This document shows, piece by piece, positions 1 through 8,910 of a stretch of DNA of 64,000 nt. The stretch is from contig CAZHMM010000001.1 of assembly GCA_964533585.1 (NCBI GenBank), forward strand, positions 12,940 through 76,939. The letters are read 5' to 3'. The stretch is from an uncultured Elioraea sp. (GTDB lineage: Bacteria; Pseudomonadota; Alphaproteobacteria; Acetobacterales; Acetobacteraceae). A model generated the notes under the pieces. It saw nothing but the letters and a program-made list of their open reading frames with translations. It made no database searches and was not told the origin of the DNA. How positions within the stretch are numbered: position 1 is the stretch's first letter; each line of letters starts with the position of its first letter. Both the position numbers and the translations under genes were made by a program.

Positions 1-2
1 GC

Positions 3-938
<936 letters not shown>

Positions 939-1090
939 GCTAGGTCGGGAAGACGCGACCTTCTGGCGGGGTTTGGCCGGCGGGTCAAGCGGGCCGCCCG
1001 CAATGGGCCGCAAGCGAAAGCGGCGCCGGGACGGGGCCTGCAAGACCCCCACCCCGACGCCGCCGGCCTCGCGAACCGAACCGCCGCGGA

Positions 1091-1546
1091 TCAGGCCGCG
1101 CGGGCCTGGGTCTCGATCACCTGCGGCTGGCCCTTGGTGATCGGGATCTGCCGCGGGCGCAGGCTCTCGGGCACGACGCGGCGCAGCGCGATGTGCAGCA
1201 GGCCGTGCTCCAGGCTCGCGCCGTCCACCACCATGTGGTCGGCGAGCTCGAAGCGGCGCTCGAACGCGCGCCGCGCGATGCCGCGATGCAGGAACTGCCG
1301 CGGCTCGGCCTCCTTGGCCGCCTTGCCGGTCACGACCAGGGCATTGTCCTTCTGGCTGATCTCCAGATCGGACTCGCCGAAGCCGGCCACCGCCATGGTC
1401 AGGCGGTACTGGTCGTCGCTCAGCTTCTCGATGTTATAGGGCGGGTAGCTCGCATCGGCCGCGTTCAGGGCCGTATCCATCAGGCGCGACAGGCGGTCGA
1501 AGCCGATGGTCGAGCGGAACAGCGGAGAGAAATCGAAGCCGTTCAT
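1091..1546 (-). CDS. ibpA: Small heat shock protein (Hsp20, IbpA-like)
   Basis: FDFSPLFRSTIGFDRL, YPPYNIEK, LHRGIARRAFERRFELAD motifs. SD AGGAGG at 1554-1559. Confidence 0.95.
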   Translation of the reverse strand: MNGFDFSPLFRSTIGFDRLSRLMDTALNAADASYPPYNIEKLSDDQYRLTMAVAGFGESDLEISQKDNALVVTGKAAKEAEPRQFLHRGIARRAFERRFELADHMVVDGASLEHGLLHIALRRVVPESLRPRQIPITKGQPQVIETQARAA

Positions 1547-1658
1547 CGTCGGTCCTCCTTCAAGGAAGCAAGGTCCGGTCGGTCGGGCGTGGCACCGCCA
1601 TGGTCAGCCGAAGCCTGACCGATCGCGCCGGGACCCCTGAGGCATCCCGGCGCGATCG
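1544..1658 (-). promoter_or_regulatory. ROSE-type RNA thermometer in the ibpA 5'UTR
   Basis: On the minus strand CCUUGCU (1573-1567) pairs with SD AGGAGG (1559-1554) with a bulged G, the UYGCU ROSE signature. Upstream hairpins at 1602-1620 and 1620-1658. Confidence 0.8.
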
Positions 1659-1687
1659 ACATAGGAGGCGGAGCGCGGCCCTTCAAG
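1659..1687 (-). promoter_or_regulatory. Sigma32 (RpoH)-type promoter for ibpA
   Basis: Minus strand CTTGAA-N16-CCTATGT, directly upstream of a small HSP gene. Confidence 0.75.
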
Positions 1688-1704
1688 AGGGCGCGGGGCG
1701 AAGC

Positions 1705-2022
1705 CTATTTCTTCTTGCCCTGGGCCGGCTTGGCAGCGCCGGCCGGCGCTGCCGCAGCCTTGGCGCCCTTGTTGATGCTGGCCGCGGCCTTGATGTTCAT
1801 CTTCGACAGATCGACCGCGAAGCGCTTGTTGAACTTCGACACCTGGCCCGCGCTGTCGAGCACCACCCGCTGCTGGCCGGTCCAGGCCGGGTGCGACTTC
1901 GGGTCGATATCGAGCCGCAGCGTGTCGCCGGGCTTGCCGTAGCAGGACCGGGTCGTGAACGAGGACCCGTCGGTCATGACGACGGTGATCTCGTGGTAGT
2001 TCGGGTGGATGCCCTTCTTCAT
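1705..2022 (-). CDS. rpmE: 50S ribosomal protein L31 with Ala/Lys-rich C-terminal extension
   Basis: [19 protein letters not shown]...[13 protein letters not shown]...[10 protein letters not shown]. Start re-picked to ATG 2022 (105 aa). Confidence 0.93.
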   Translation of the reverse strand: MKKGIHPNYHEITVVMTDGSSFTTRSCYGKPGDTLRLDIDPKSHPAWTGQQRVVLDSAGQVSKFNKRFAVDLSKMNIKAAASINKGAKAAAAPAGAAKPAQGKKK

Positions 2023-2206
2023 GGCCCGCGACCTTTCAACGACGAAGGCGCGGCGATGCCGACCGCCGCGCGAGAGCGGGGGGATAGCCGAACGGCGCCG
2101 GGCAGGCAAGGCGGCCTGGCGCGCAGCCGGCCTGCCTGCCCGCGCCGGGTGCGCCAGGGCGGCGCAAAGGCCCCACATCGCAGCGTCCCCGCAGGCACGC
2201 GCAGCG

Positions 2207-2235
2207 TTGACGGGCCGTTCGCCAGGGCACACACT
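2207..2235 (+). promoter_or_regulatory. Putative sigma70 promoter of the nadC operon
   Basis: TTGACG (2207-2212), N17, CACACT (2230-2235). Confidence 0.5.
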
Positions 2236-2259
2236 CGATCGTAGGTATACAAACGATCG
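2236..2259. promoter_or_regulatory. 24-bp palindromic operator candidate
   Basis: CGATCGT-AG-GTATAC-AA-ACGATCG; 20 of 24 positions are dyad-symmetric. It lies between the putative -10 and the nadC start. Confidence 0.6.
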
Positions 2260-2270
2260 GGGGATGCGAC

Positions 2271-3119
2271 GTGCTGGAGTGGACTGCGGTCGACCGGATC
2301 ATCGACGCCGCACTGGCCGAGGACATCGGCGCGGTCGATCTCACCAGCGAAATCGTCGTCCCCGACGGCACCCGTGCCACCTTCGTGCTGCGCACCCGCG
2401 AGGAGATCGTGCTGGCCGGGCTTGCCGTCGCCGAGGCGGTGTTCCGTCGCCGCGCGCCGGAGTGCGGCTTCGAGCCCGGCGCCGCCGACGGCCACCGCGT
2501 GGCACCCGGCACCGTGCTGGCGACCGTCACCGGCCCCGCCCGAGCCCTGCTGACGGCCGAGCGCACCGCGCTCAACCTGCTCTCGCACATGTCCGGCATC
2601 GCCACGCTGACCCGTCGCTATGTCGACCGGATCGCCGGGACCAAGGCGCAACTCATCGACACGCGCAAGACCACGCCCGGGCTGCGCGCGATCGAGAAGC
2701 ACGCGACGACGCTGGGTGGGGCGCGCAACCACCGGCTCGACCTCGCCGGCGGGATCATGATCAAGGACAATCACATCTCGGTCTGCGGCTCGATCGCCGC
2801 CGCCGTGGCGCGCGCCAAGACGGCGGCGCCGGTGCTGACCAAGGTCGAGGTCGAGTGCGACCGGCTCGATCAGGTGCGCGAGGCGGTCGAGGCCGGTGCC
2901 GACATGCTGCTGCTGGACAACATGACCACCGAGATGCTGCGCGAGGCAGTCGCGATCATCGCCGGCCGCATTCCCGCCGAAGCCTCGGGCGGGGTGAACC
3001 TCGACACCATCCGCGGCATCGCCGAGACGGGTGTGGATTTCATCAGCGTCGGGCGGATCACCCAGGGCGCGCCAGCCGTGGATATCGGCCTCGACGCGAC
3101 GCTGGAGCCGGGTGGGTGA
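2271..3119 (+). CDS. nadC: Quinolinate phosphoribosyltransferase (nicotinate-nucleotide pyrophosphorylase, carboxylating)
   Basis: [49 protein letters not shown] motifs. Confidence 0.95.
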   Translation: MLEWTAVDRIIDAALAEDIGAVDLTSEIVVPDGTRATFVLRTREEIVLAGLAVAEAVFRRRAPECGFEPGAADGHRVAPGTVLATVTGPARALLTAERTALNLLSHMSGIATLTRRYVDRIAGTKAQLIDTRKTTPGLRAIEKHATTLGGARNHRLDLAGGIMIKDNHISVCGSIAAAVARAKTAAPVLTKVEVECDRLDQVREAVEAGADMLLLDNMTTEMLREAVAIIAGRIPAEASGGVNLDTIRGIAETGVDFISVGRITQGAPAVDIGLDATLEPGG

Positions 3120-3691
3120 GCGCGGTTGGCCTGTTCTGTGGTGCGAACGACGCGCTGCCCGAGCCGTTCCGGGCAGCGGCCGCCGCGTTCGGCGAGGGCC
3201 TCGCCGCGCGGGGGCTGACGCTGGTCTATGGCGGCTCCTCGCGCGGGCTGATGGGCGAGGCAGCGCGCGCGGCCAAGGCGGCCGGCGGCCGCGTGGTCGG
3301 CGTGATGCCGCGCCACCTGATCAGCCGCGAACGCGCCGCCGCCGACATCGACGAGCTCCACCTGGTCGACAGCCTCGCCGAGCGCAAGCAGCGCATGGCC
3401 GATCTCTCCGACCTGTTCGTCGCGCTGCCGGGCGGTGTCGGCACCCTCGACGAGGCGCTCGAGATGATCACCTGGTTCGATGTCGGGATCGCGCGCAAGC
3501 CGACGCTGTTCGTCGACGTCGAGGCGTTCTGGCGGCCCTTCGCCGCGATGATGGCGGCGTTCGGCGCGGCCGGGGTGCTGCGTCCGCATCTCGCCGGCGC
3601 CTGGTCGATCCTTCCGGATGTTCCGGCCACACTGCTCGCCGTGGAGCAGGCACTGGCGCCTGAGGCGCCCATCGAGGGGAGACTGGCATGA
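3116..3691 (+). CDS. LOG-family (TIGR00730-like) nucleotide phosphoribohydrolase
   Basis: VGLFCGA, LVYGG..GLMG, ERKQRM, LPGGVGTLDE (PGGxGTxxE). GTG start overlaps the nadC stop (GTGA). Confidence 0.9.
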   Translation: MSAVGLFCGANDALPEPFRAAAAAFGEGLAARGLTLVYGGSSRGLMGEAARAAKAAGGRVVGVMPRHLISRERAAADIDELHLVDSLAERKQRMADLSDLFVALPGGVGTLDEALEMITWFDVGIARKPTLFVDVEAFWRPFAAMMAAFGAAGVLRPHLAGAWSILPDVPATLLAVEQALAPEAPIEGRLA

Positions 3692-4665
3692 CACTGGGAC
3701 GACGCACGCTTCTGGGCACCGCCGCGGCGCTGCCCGCATTCGGCCTGGCGGAGGCGCAGGAGGCGCTCCGCCTGACGCTCGCCGGCGGCTCGGTCGGTGG
3801 CGCCTGGAGCGCGATCGGCAACGCGATCGGCGAGGCGATCCGGCGCGAGCATCCCGGCACGGCGTTCTCCTACGAGCCGGGACGCGATGCGGCGAATGTC
3901 ACGCTGGTGTCGCAGGGGCGGGTGCAGCTCGGCATCGCGCACGCGCAGATCGCGCTCCGCGCCATCAAGGGCGAGGCGCCGTTCGACCGTGCGATGCCCG
4001 ACATCCGCGGCGTGAGCCTGATCGACAGCGAGGCGGCGTGGCAGCCGATCGTGCGCGCCGGCGCGCCCGTCGCCACGCTGGAGGAGATCGCCGAGAAGCG
4101 CGCCCCCGTGCGCGTCACCGCCAATCTGCGCGGCACGATGATGGCGCTCGCCACCGAGGAGGCCTTCGCCGCCGCCGGCGCGCCGTTCGCGCAGATCGAG
4201 CGCTGGGGCGGGCGGGTGCACTACGTCGCCTGGAACGACGCGCTGGAGATGCTGAAGAACAACCAGGTGGACATCATCACCAATGTGGTGGACTTCCCCT
4301 CGCGCCAGGTGCTGAACGCGGTGCGCGGGCTGGACGTGAAATTCCTCGGCTTCGGCCCTGATCTGGTCGCGAAGGTGAATGCGCGGCTCGGCTCGACGCC
4401 CATCACCATTCCGGCCAATGCGTATCCGTTCCAGCCCGAGGCGGTGAACACCTTCCGCGCCCATGTCGTGCTGCTGACCTCGGCCGCCGTGCCGGCCGAC
4501 ACGGTCGAGGCGGTGGTCAACGCGGTCATCAAGCACTTCGACGCGGTCAAGCGCGCCCACGCGACGATGGCGCGACTTGAGGCACGGGCGCTGCCGGACA
4601 CCGGCGGTGTCGCGCTGCATGAGGGTGCCGCGCGCGCCTATCGCGCCGCCGGACTGATGAGCTGA
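3688..4665 (+). CDS. TAXI-family TRAP transporter substrate-binding protein
   Basis: Tat-like RRTLL signal, GGSVGGAWSAIG, IPANAYPFQ, LHEGAARAYR. ATGA overlap with the LOG gene. Confidence 0.88.
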   Translation: MTLGRRTLLGTAAALPAFGLAEAQEALRLTLAGGSVGGAWSAIGNAIGEAIRREHPGTAFSYEPGRDAANVTLVSQGRVQLGIAHAQIALRAIKGEAPFDRAMPDIRGVSLIDSEAAWQPIVRAGAPVATLEEIAEKRAPVRVTANLRGTMMALATEEAFAAAGAPFAQIERWGGRVHYVAWNDALEMLKNNQVDIITNVVDFPSRQVLNAVRGLDVKFLGFGPDLVAKVNARLGSTPITIPANAYPFQPEAVNTFRAHVVLLTSAAVPADTVEAVVNAVIKHFDAVKRAHATMARLEARALPDTGGVALHEGAARAYRAAGLMS

Positions 4666-6539
4666 CCCTGCTCACGTCGCTTCTGCCGGGAAAGCCGCGC
4701 ACGCTTCCCCCGGCGGAGGCGGCGGTGGTCGGCGCGGTCGGCGCCGTGCTCTCGGCGTTCCTGCTGGCGCTCGCCCTCGGCCGGGAGGCCGACCGCACCG
4801 TCAGCCTGTTCGTCTTTCTCGGCGCGGTGCTGACCATCGGCTTCCTCACCGTTACGGGCAATCCGCTCCGCCCAACCGGCCGGTCGCTGCCGTCCTGGGG
4901 ATTGGTGATCGCGACCTGGGCCTCGGTCGGCTGGTTCCTCGTCCACGCCGAGGCGCATGCGCTGCGCTGGCCGATGGTGAGCCCGCTCTCGCCGGGCGAT
5001 CTGATCGCGGCCTCGGCGCTGATCCTGCTGGTGCTGGAGGCGACGCGGCGCACGATCGGGCTCGCGCTCGCGATCCTGGTGCTGCTGTTCCTCGCCTATG
5101 CGGTGTTCGGCGACCGGCTGGAGGGCGCGTTCGGCCACCGGCCCCTGAGCATCACCGAGATCCTCGACCATCTGGTGTTCACCACCAACGGCCTGATCGG
5201 CCCGGCACTCGCGGTGGCGGCGTTCCTGGTCTACGTGTTCGTGCTGTTCGGCGCGGTGCTGGACCGTTCCGGCGGCGGGGATTTCTTCTTCGACCTCTCC
5301 GCCGCGCTGGTGGGGCGGCAGGCGGGTGGGCCGGCCAAGGTCGCGGTGGTCTCATCGGCGCTCTACGGCACCATCTCGGGCAGCCCGACCGCCGACGTGG
5401 TCACCACCGGCGCGCTCACCATCCCGATGATGAAGCGGCTTGGTTACCGCCCGGCCTATGCGGGGGCGGTGGAGTCCTCCGCCTCGGCGGGCGGGGCGCT
5501 GCTGCCGCCGGTGATGGGCAGTGCGGCGTTCCTGATGAGCGACTTCACCAACATCCCCTACGCCGAGATCGTCGTCTCGGCCGCGCTGACGGGGGTGCTC
5601 TACTACGTCGCGGTGTTCTTCGCCGTCCATGCCCGCGCGGTGCTGGATCGGCTCGGCGCGTTCGACGGCACGACTGCGCGCGTCGCCGCCGTGCTGCGCG
5701 CAGGCTGGTGGCATCTCGTGCCGATCGCGGCGCTGGTTTTGCTCGTGCTCTCGGCCGACCGCCCCGTCTATGGCGCCGGACTCGCGGTGGTGATCGGTGC
5801 GGCGATCCTACTGATCCGAACGCGGGCGCCACTCAATACCGCCGCGACACTGCTCACGGCGGCGATCGAGGCAGCGCGACGGGCGGCACCGGTCGGCATC
5901 GCCTGCGCGGTCGCCGGGCTGGTGGTCGGCTCGCTCACCATCACCGATCTCGCCGGCAAGTTCTCCTCGCTGCTGTTCTCCTTCGCGCCCGACCTGCTGC
6001 CGGTGGTGATGCTGATCACGGCGGGCGTGACGTTGCTGCTCGGCATGGGGATGCCGACCCCGGCCGTCTATGTGTTGGCATCCGTGCTGGCCGCGCCGGC
6101 AATGGTCAATCTCGGCGTGCCGACGCTGGCCGCGCACCTGTTCGTCGTCTACTTCGCCTCGATGTCGGCAATCACGCCGCCCGTCGCGGTCGCCGCGTTT
6201 GCCGCCGCCTCGATCGCGGGCGCCGATCCGCTGCGCATCGCGGTGATCGCCTGCCGGCTCGCGGTGGTCGGCTTCGTGCTGCCGTTCTGCTTCGTCTGGC
6301 GCCCGGCGCTGCTGCTGATCGGCGATCCCGTGTCGGTCGTGCTGGCCCTCGCCGCGACGCTCGCGGGCGTGGTGGCGCTCGCCGCGGCGCTGGAGGGCTG
6401 GCTGGCACGACGGCTCACCGCGCTCGATCGCCTGCTGCTCGGCCTTGCCGGTGCGGCCCTGGTCGCGCCGATCGCCTGGGCGGATGTCGCCGGCGCCGCG
6501 CTGCTGGCCGGATGGCTGCTGGTTGGCCGGCCGCGCTGA
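4662..6539 (+). CDS. TRAP transporter fused 4TM/12TM permease
   Basis: LEATRR, GGPAKVAVVSSALYGTISGS, VESSASAGGALLPPVMGSAAF, LGMGMPT, ITPPVA. Start is either CTG 4662 (overlapping the SBP stop) or GTG 4725. Confidence 0.92.
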   Translation: MTLLTSLLPGKPRTLPPAEAAVVGAVGAVLSAFLLALALGREADRTVSLFVFLGAVLTIGFLTVTGNPLRPTGRSLPSWGLVIATWASVGWFLVHAEAHALRWPMVSPLSPGDLIAASALILLVLEATRRTIGLALAILVLLFLAYAVFGDRLEGAFGHRPLSITEILDHLVFTTNGLIGPALAVAAFLVYVFVLFGAVLDRSGGGDFFFDLSAALVGRQAGGPAKVAVVSSALYGTISGSPTADVVTTGALTIPMMKRLGYRPAYAGAVESSASAGGALLPPVMGSAAFLMSDFTNIPYAEIVVSAALTGVLYYVAVFFAVHARAVLDRLGAFDGTTARVAAVLRAGWWHLVPIAALVLLVLSADRPVYGAGLAVVIGAAILLIRTRAPLNTAATLLTAAIEAARRAAPVGIACAVAGLVVGSLTITDLAGKFSSLLFSFAPDLLPVVMLITAGVTLLLGMGMPTPAVYVLASVLAAPAMVNLGVPTLAAHLFVVYFASMSAITPPVAVAAFAAASIAGADPLRIAVIACRLAVVGFVLPFCFVWRPALLLIGDPVSVVLALAATLAGVVALAAALEGWLARRLTALDRLLLGLAGAALVAPIAWADVAGAALLAGWLLVGRPR

Positions 6540-6543
6540 CGCC

Positions 6544-6930
6544 TCAGCGCCGGCAGCGATACATCACCCGGACCTGGGCGATGTCCGTTTGCGTGCCGTC
6601 ACGCTCGATCACGAGCGGCCTGATGCCGCCGGGGACGCGGCGGTACTGCACCATGTCGCCAGGCCGCAGCGGCGCTTCCCCATTCTCCGTGGTGCGCACC
6701 AGCATGCCGATGCGATCGGCCTGGATGACGAAGCGCACCTCCGCCAGCACCAAGCGTTTGCCGCCGTCCCACCACTCGAGCGTCGTCTCGGCGATGACGT
6801 GGCGCAGGCTGGTCTCGGCGCAGGAGAGGTCGGGCGACCAGATGCCGCGCAGATCGGAGGGTGATTCGGCTACTGCCGGCCGCGTCGCTGCCAGGACCAG
6901 CAGGGTGGCCACACAAAAAGATCGATGCAT
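6544..6930 (-). CDS. Secreted hypothetical protein, paralog A
   Basis: Signal peptide ending AVA; LRGIWSPDLSC...YRCRR; 57/107 identical to 7035-7430 in a hand-made ungapped alignment. Confidence 0.8.
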   Translation of the reverse strand: MHRSFCVATLLVLAATRPAVAESPSDLRGIWSPDLSCAETSLRHVIAETTLEWWDGGKRLVLAEVRFVIQADRIGMLVRTTENGEAPLRPGDMVQYRRVPGGIRPLVIERDGTQTDIAQVRVMYRCRR

Positions 6931-7034
6931 GGACTGGACTCTCCGGGCCGTGACTGCCGGCACGTTCCGGCGAGGAGGCAGTCTAGGGCAGTTCGCCAGC
7001 CCCGGCACTGTCGCGTTCGCTTGAATGGGCCGGA

Positions 7035-7430
7035 TCACCTGCGGCAGGCGAAGAAGGTGCGCGGCCGCGAGATGTCGATCGTTGTGTCGTTGCGCATGAT
7101 CGAGATCGGCCGCAGCCCGCCGGCAACGCGCTGATAGGTCACGATGTCGCCCGGGCGGAGCGGGGCATCGCCATTCTGCACCTGCCGCACGAGCGCTGCG
7201 ATCTCATTGCCGCGAATGCGGTAATGGACCTGAGCCGCGGCGACACGCTCGCCCCCCTCGTGCCATTCCAGCGTCGTCCGGCCGACGACATGGCGCGGCG
7301 CGGTCGCGCCGCAGGAGAGATCGGGCGACCATGCGCCCTGCAGGCTCGACGGCGCCTCCACGGCGGTGGCCGGCGGCGCGAGCGCGACGACGAACAAGGC
7401 GGCCACGGCGGCGCGTTGCATCAGGTCCAT
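7035..7430 (-). CDS. Secreted hypothetical protein, paralog B
   Basis: GGAGG SD at 7436-7440; signal peptide ending ATA; LQGAWSPDLSC...FACRR. Confidence 0.8.
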   Translation of the reverse strand: MDLMQRAAVAALFVVALAPPATAVEAPSSLQGAWSPDLSCGATAPRHVVGRTTLEWHEGGERVAAAQVHYRIRGNEIAALVRQVQNGDAPLRPGDIVTYQRVAGGLRPISIMRNDTTIDISRPRTFFACRR

Positions 7431-7465
7431 CCCAGCCTCCTCAACTCGTCGATTCGCGCCGGCCG

Positions 7466-8899
7466 CTACGGCATCGTCGCGATCCGCAGCGCGTTGGTCG
7501 TGCCCGAGGTGCCGAACGGCATGCCCGCGACCACGACGATCTCCTCGCCGGCGGCGGCGAAGCTCTCCTGCGCGGCGATCCGCAACGACTTTGCCACCGC
7601 CTCGCTCATGCTGTGCGCATCCGCCGTCACGAGCGGATAGACGCCCCAGACGACGCAGAGCCGCCGTGCCGTCTCCTCGCGCGGCGTCAGCCCGAGGATC
7701 GGCGCGGCGGGCCGTTCGCGGCTGATCCTGAGCGCGGTCGAGCCCGACATGGTGAAGGTCGCGATCGCCTCGGCGCCGATCGTGTGCGCGACCTGGCGCG
7801 CGGCCGCGACGATCGCATCGGCCGAACTGCGATCCGGCAACTGCCGCGTGGCCTCGACGATCTCGCGGTAGGTGGGGTCGGCTTCCACGCGCGAGACGAT
7901 CCGGTCCATCATCGCCACCGCCTCGCGCGGGAAACTGCCGGCCGCGCTTTCGGCCGAGAGCATCACCGCATCCGCGCCGTCGAACACCGCCGTCGCGACG
8001 TCGGAGGCCTCGGCGCGCGTCGGCGTCGGCGCGCCGACCATGCTTTCGAGCATCTGCGTGGCCACCACCACCGGCTTGCCGGCGGTCCGGCACGCCTTGA
8101 CGATCCGCTTCTGCGCCAGCGGCACGTTCTCGGGTGGCAGCTCGACGCCGAGATCGCCGCGCGCGACCATCACGCAGTCCGACAGCGCGACGATCTGGTC
8201 GAGCGCATCGAGCGCCGACGGCTTCTCCAGCTTGGTCATGATCCAGGCGCGGCCGTTGATGATCGCCCTGGCCTCGGCGACGTCCTCGGGGCGCTGCACG
8301 AAGGAGAGGCCGACATACTCGATGCCCTGCTGGAGCGCGAAGTCCAGGTCGCGGCGGTCCTTTTCGGTCAACGCCGGGATCGGCAGGGTGATGTCCGGCA
8401 CGTTCACGCCCTTGCGGTCGCTCACCTGGCCACCGACCACCACCTCGCATTCCAGATGATCAGCCCGCTTCTTGTCGACGCGCAGCTTCACCTTGCCGTC
8501 ATCGATCAGCAGCGTGGCGCCGATCCCGGCCGCCTTGATGATCTCGGGATGCGGCAGCTGCACGCGCGCGGCATCGCCCGGCACGGGCGAGAGGTCGAGC
8601 CGGAAACGCCCGCCCGTCTGCAGCTGGACGAGCCCGCCGCGGAAGGTGCCGACCCGGAGCTTCGGCCCCTGCACATCGGCGAGGATCGCGATCTGCCGCC
8701 CGCTGCGCTTCTCGATCGCGCGGATCGCCTCGATCCGTGCGGCGTGATCGTCGTGCGAGCCGTGGCTGAAGTTCAGCCGGAACACATCGGCCCCGGCATG
8801 GAACAGATGCCCGATCATCTCGGGCGTCGACGAGGCCGGGCCGAGGGTCGCGATGATCTTGGTGCGGCGGTGGCGGCGGAGTGCAGGCTTCTGTCGCAT
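7466..8899 (-). CDS. pyk: Pyruvate kinase
   Basis: TKIIATLGPASS, FRLNFSHG, DVQGPKLR, MVARGDLGVE, ATQMLESM, AVMLSAESA. Confidence 0.96.
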   Translation of the reverse strand: MRQKPALRRHRRTKIIATLGPASSTPEMIGHLFHAGADVFRLNFSHGSHDDHAARIEAIRAIEKRSGRQIAILADVQGPKLRVGTFRGGLVQLQTGGRFRLDLSPVPGDAARVQLPHPEIIKAAGIGATLLIDDGKVKLRVDKKRADHLECEVVVGGQVSDRKGVNVPDITLPIPALTEKDRRDLDFALQQGIEYVGLSFVQRPEDVAEARAIINGRAWIMTKLEKPSALDALDQIVALSDCVMVARGDLGVELPPENVPLAQKRIVKACRTAGKPVVVATQMLESMVGAPTPTRAEASDVATAVFDGADAVMLSAESAAGSFPREAVAMMDRIVSRVEADPTYREIVEATRQLPDRSSADAIVAAARQVAHTIGAEAIATFTMSGSTALRISRERPAAPILGLTPREETARRLCVVWGVYPLVTADAHSMSEAVAKSLRIAAQESFAAAGEEIVVVAGMPFGTSGTTNALRIATMP

Positions 8900-8910
8900 C
8901 GATGCCTCCG

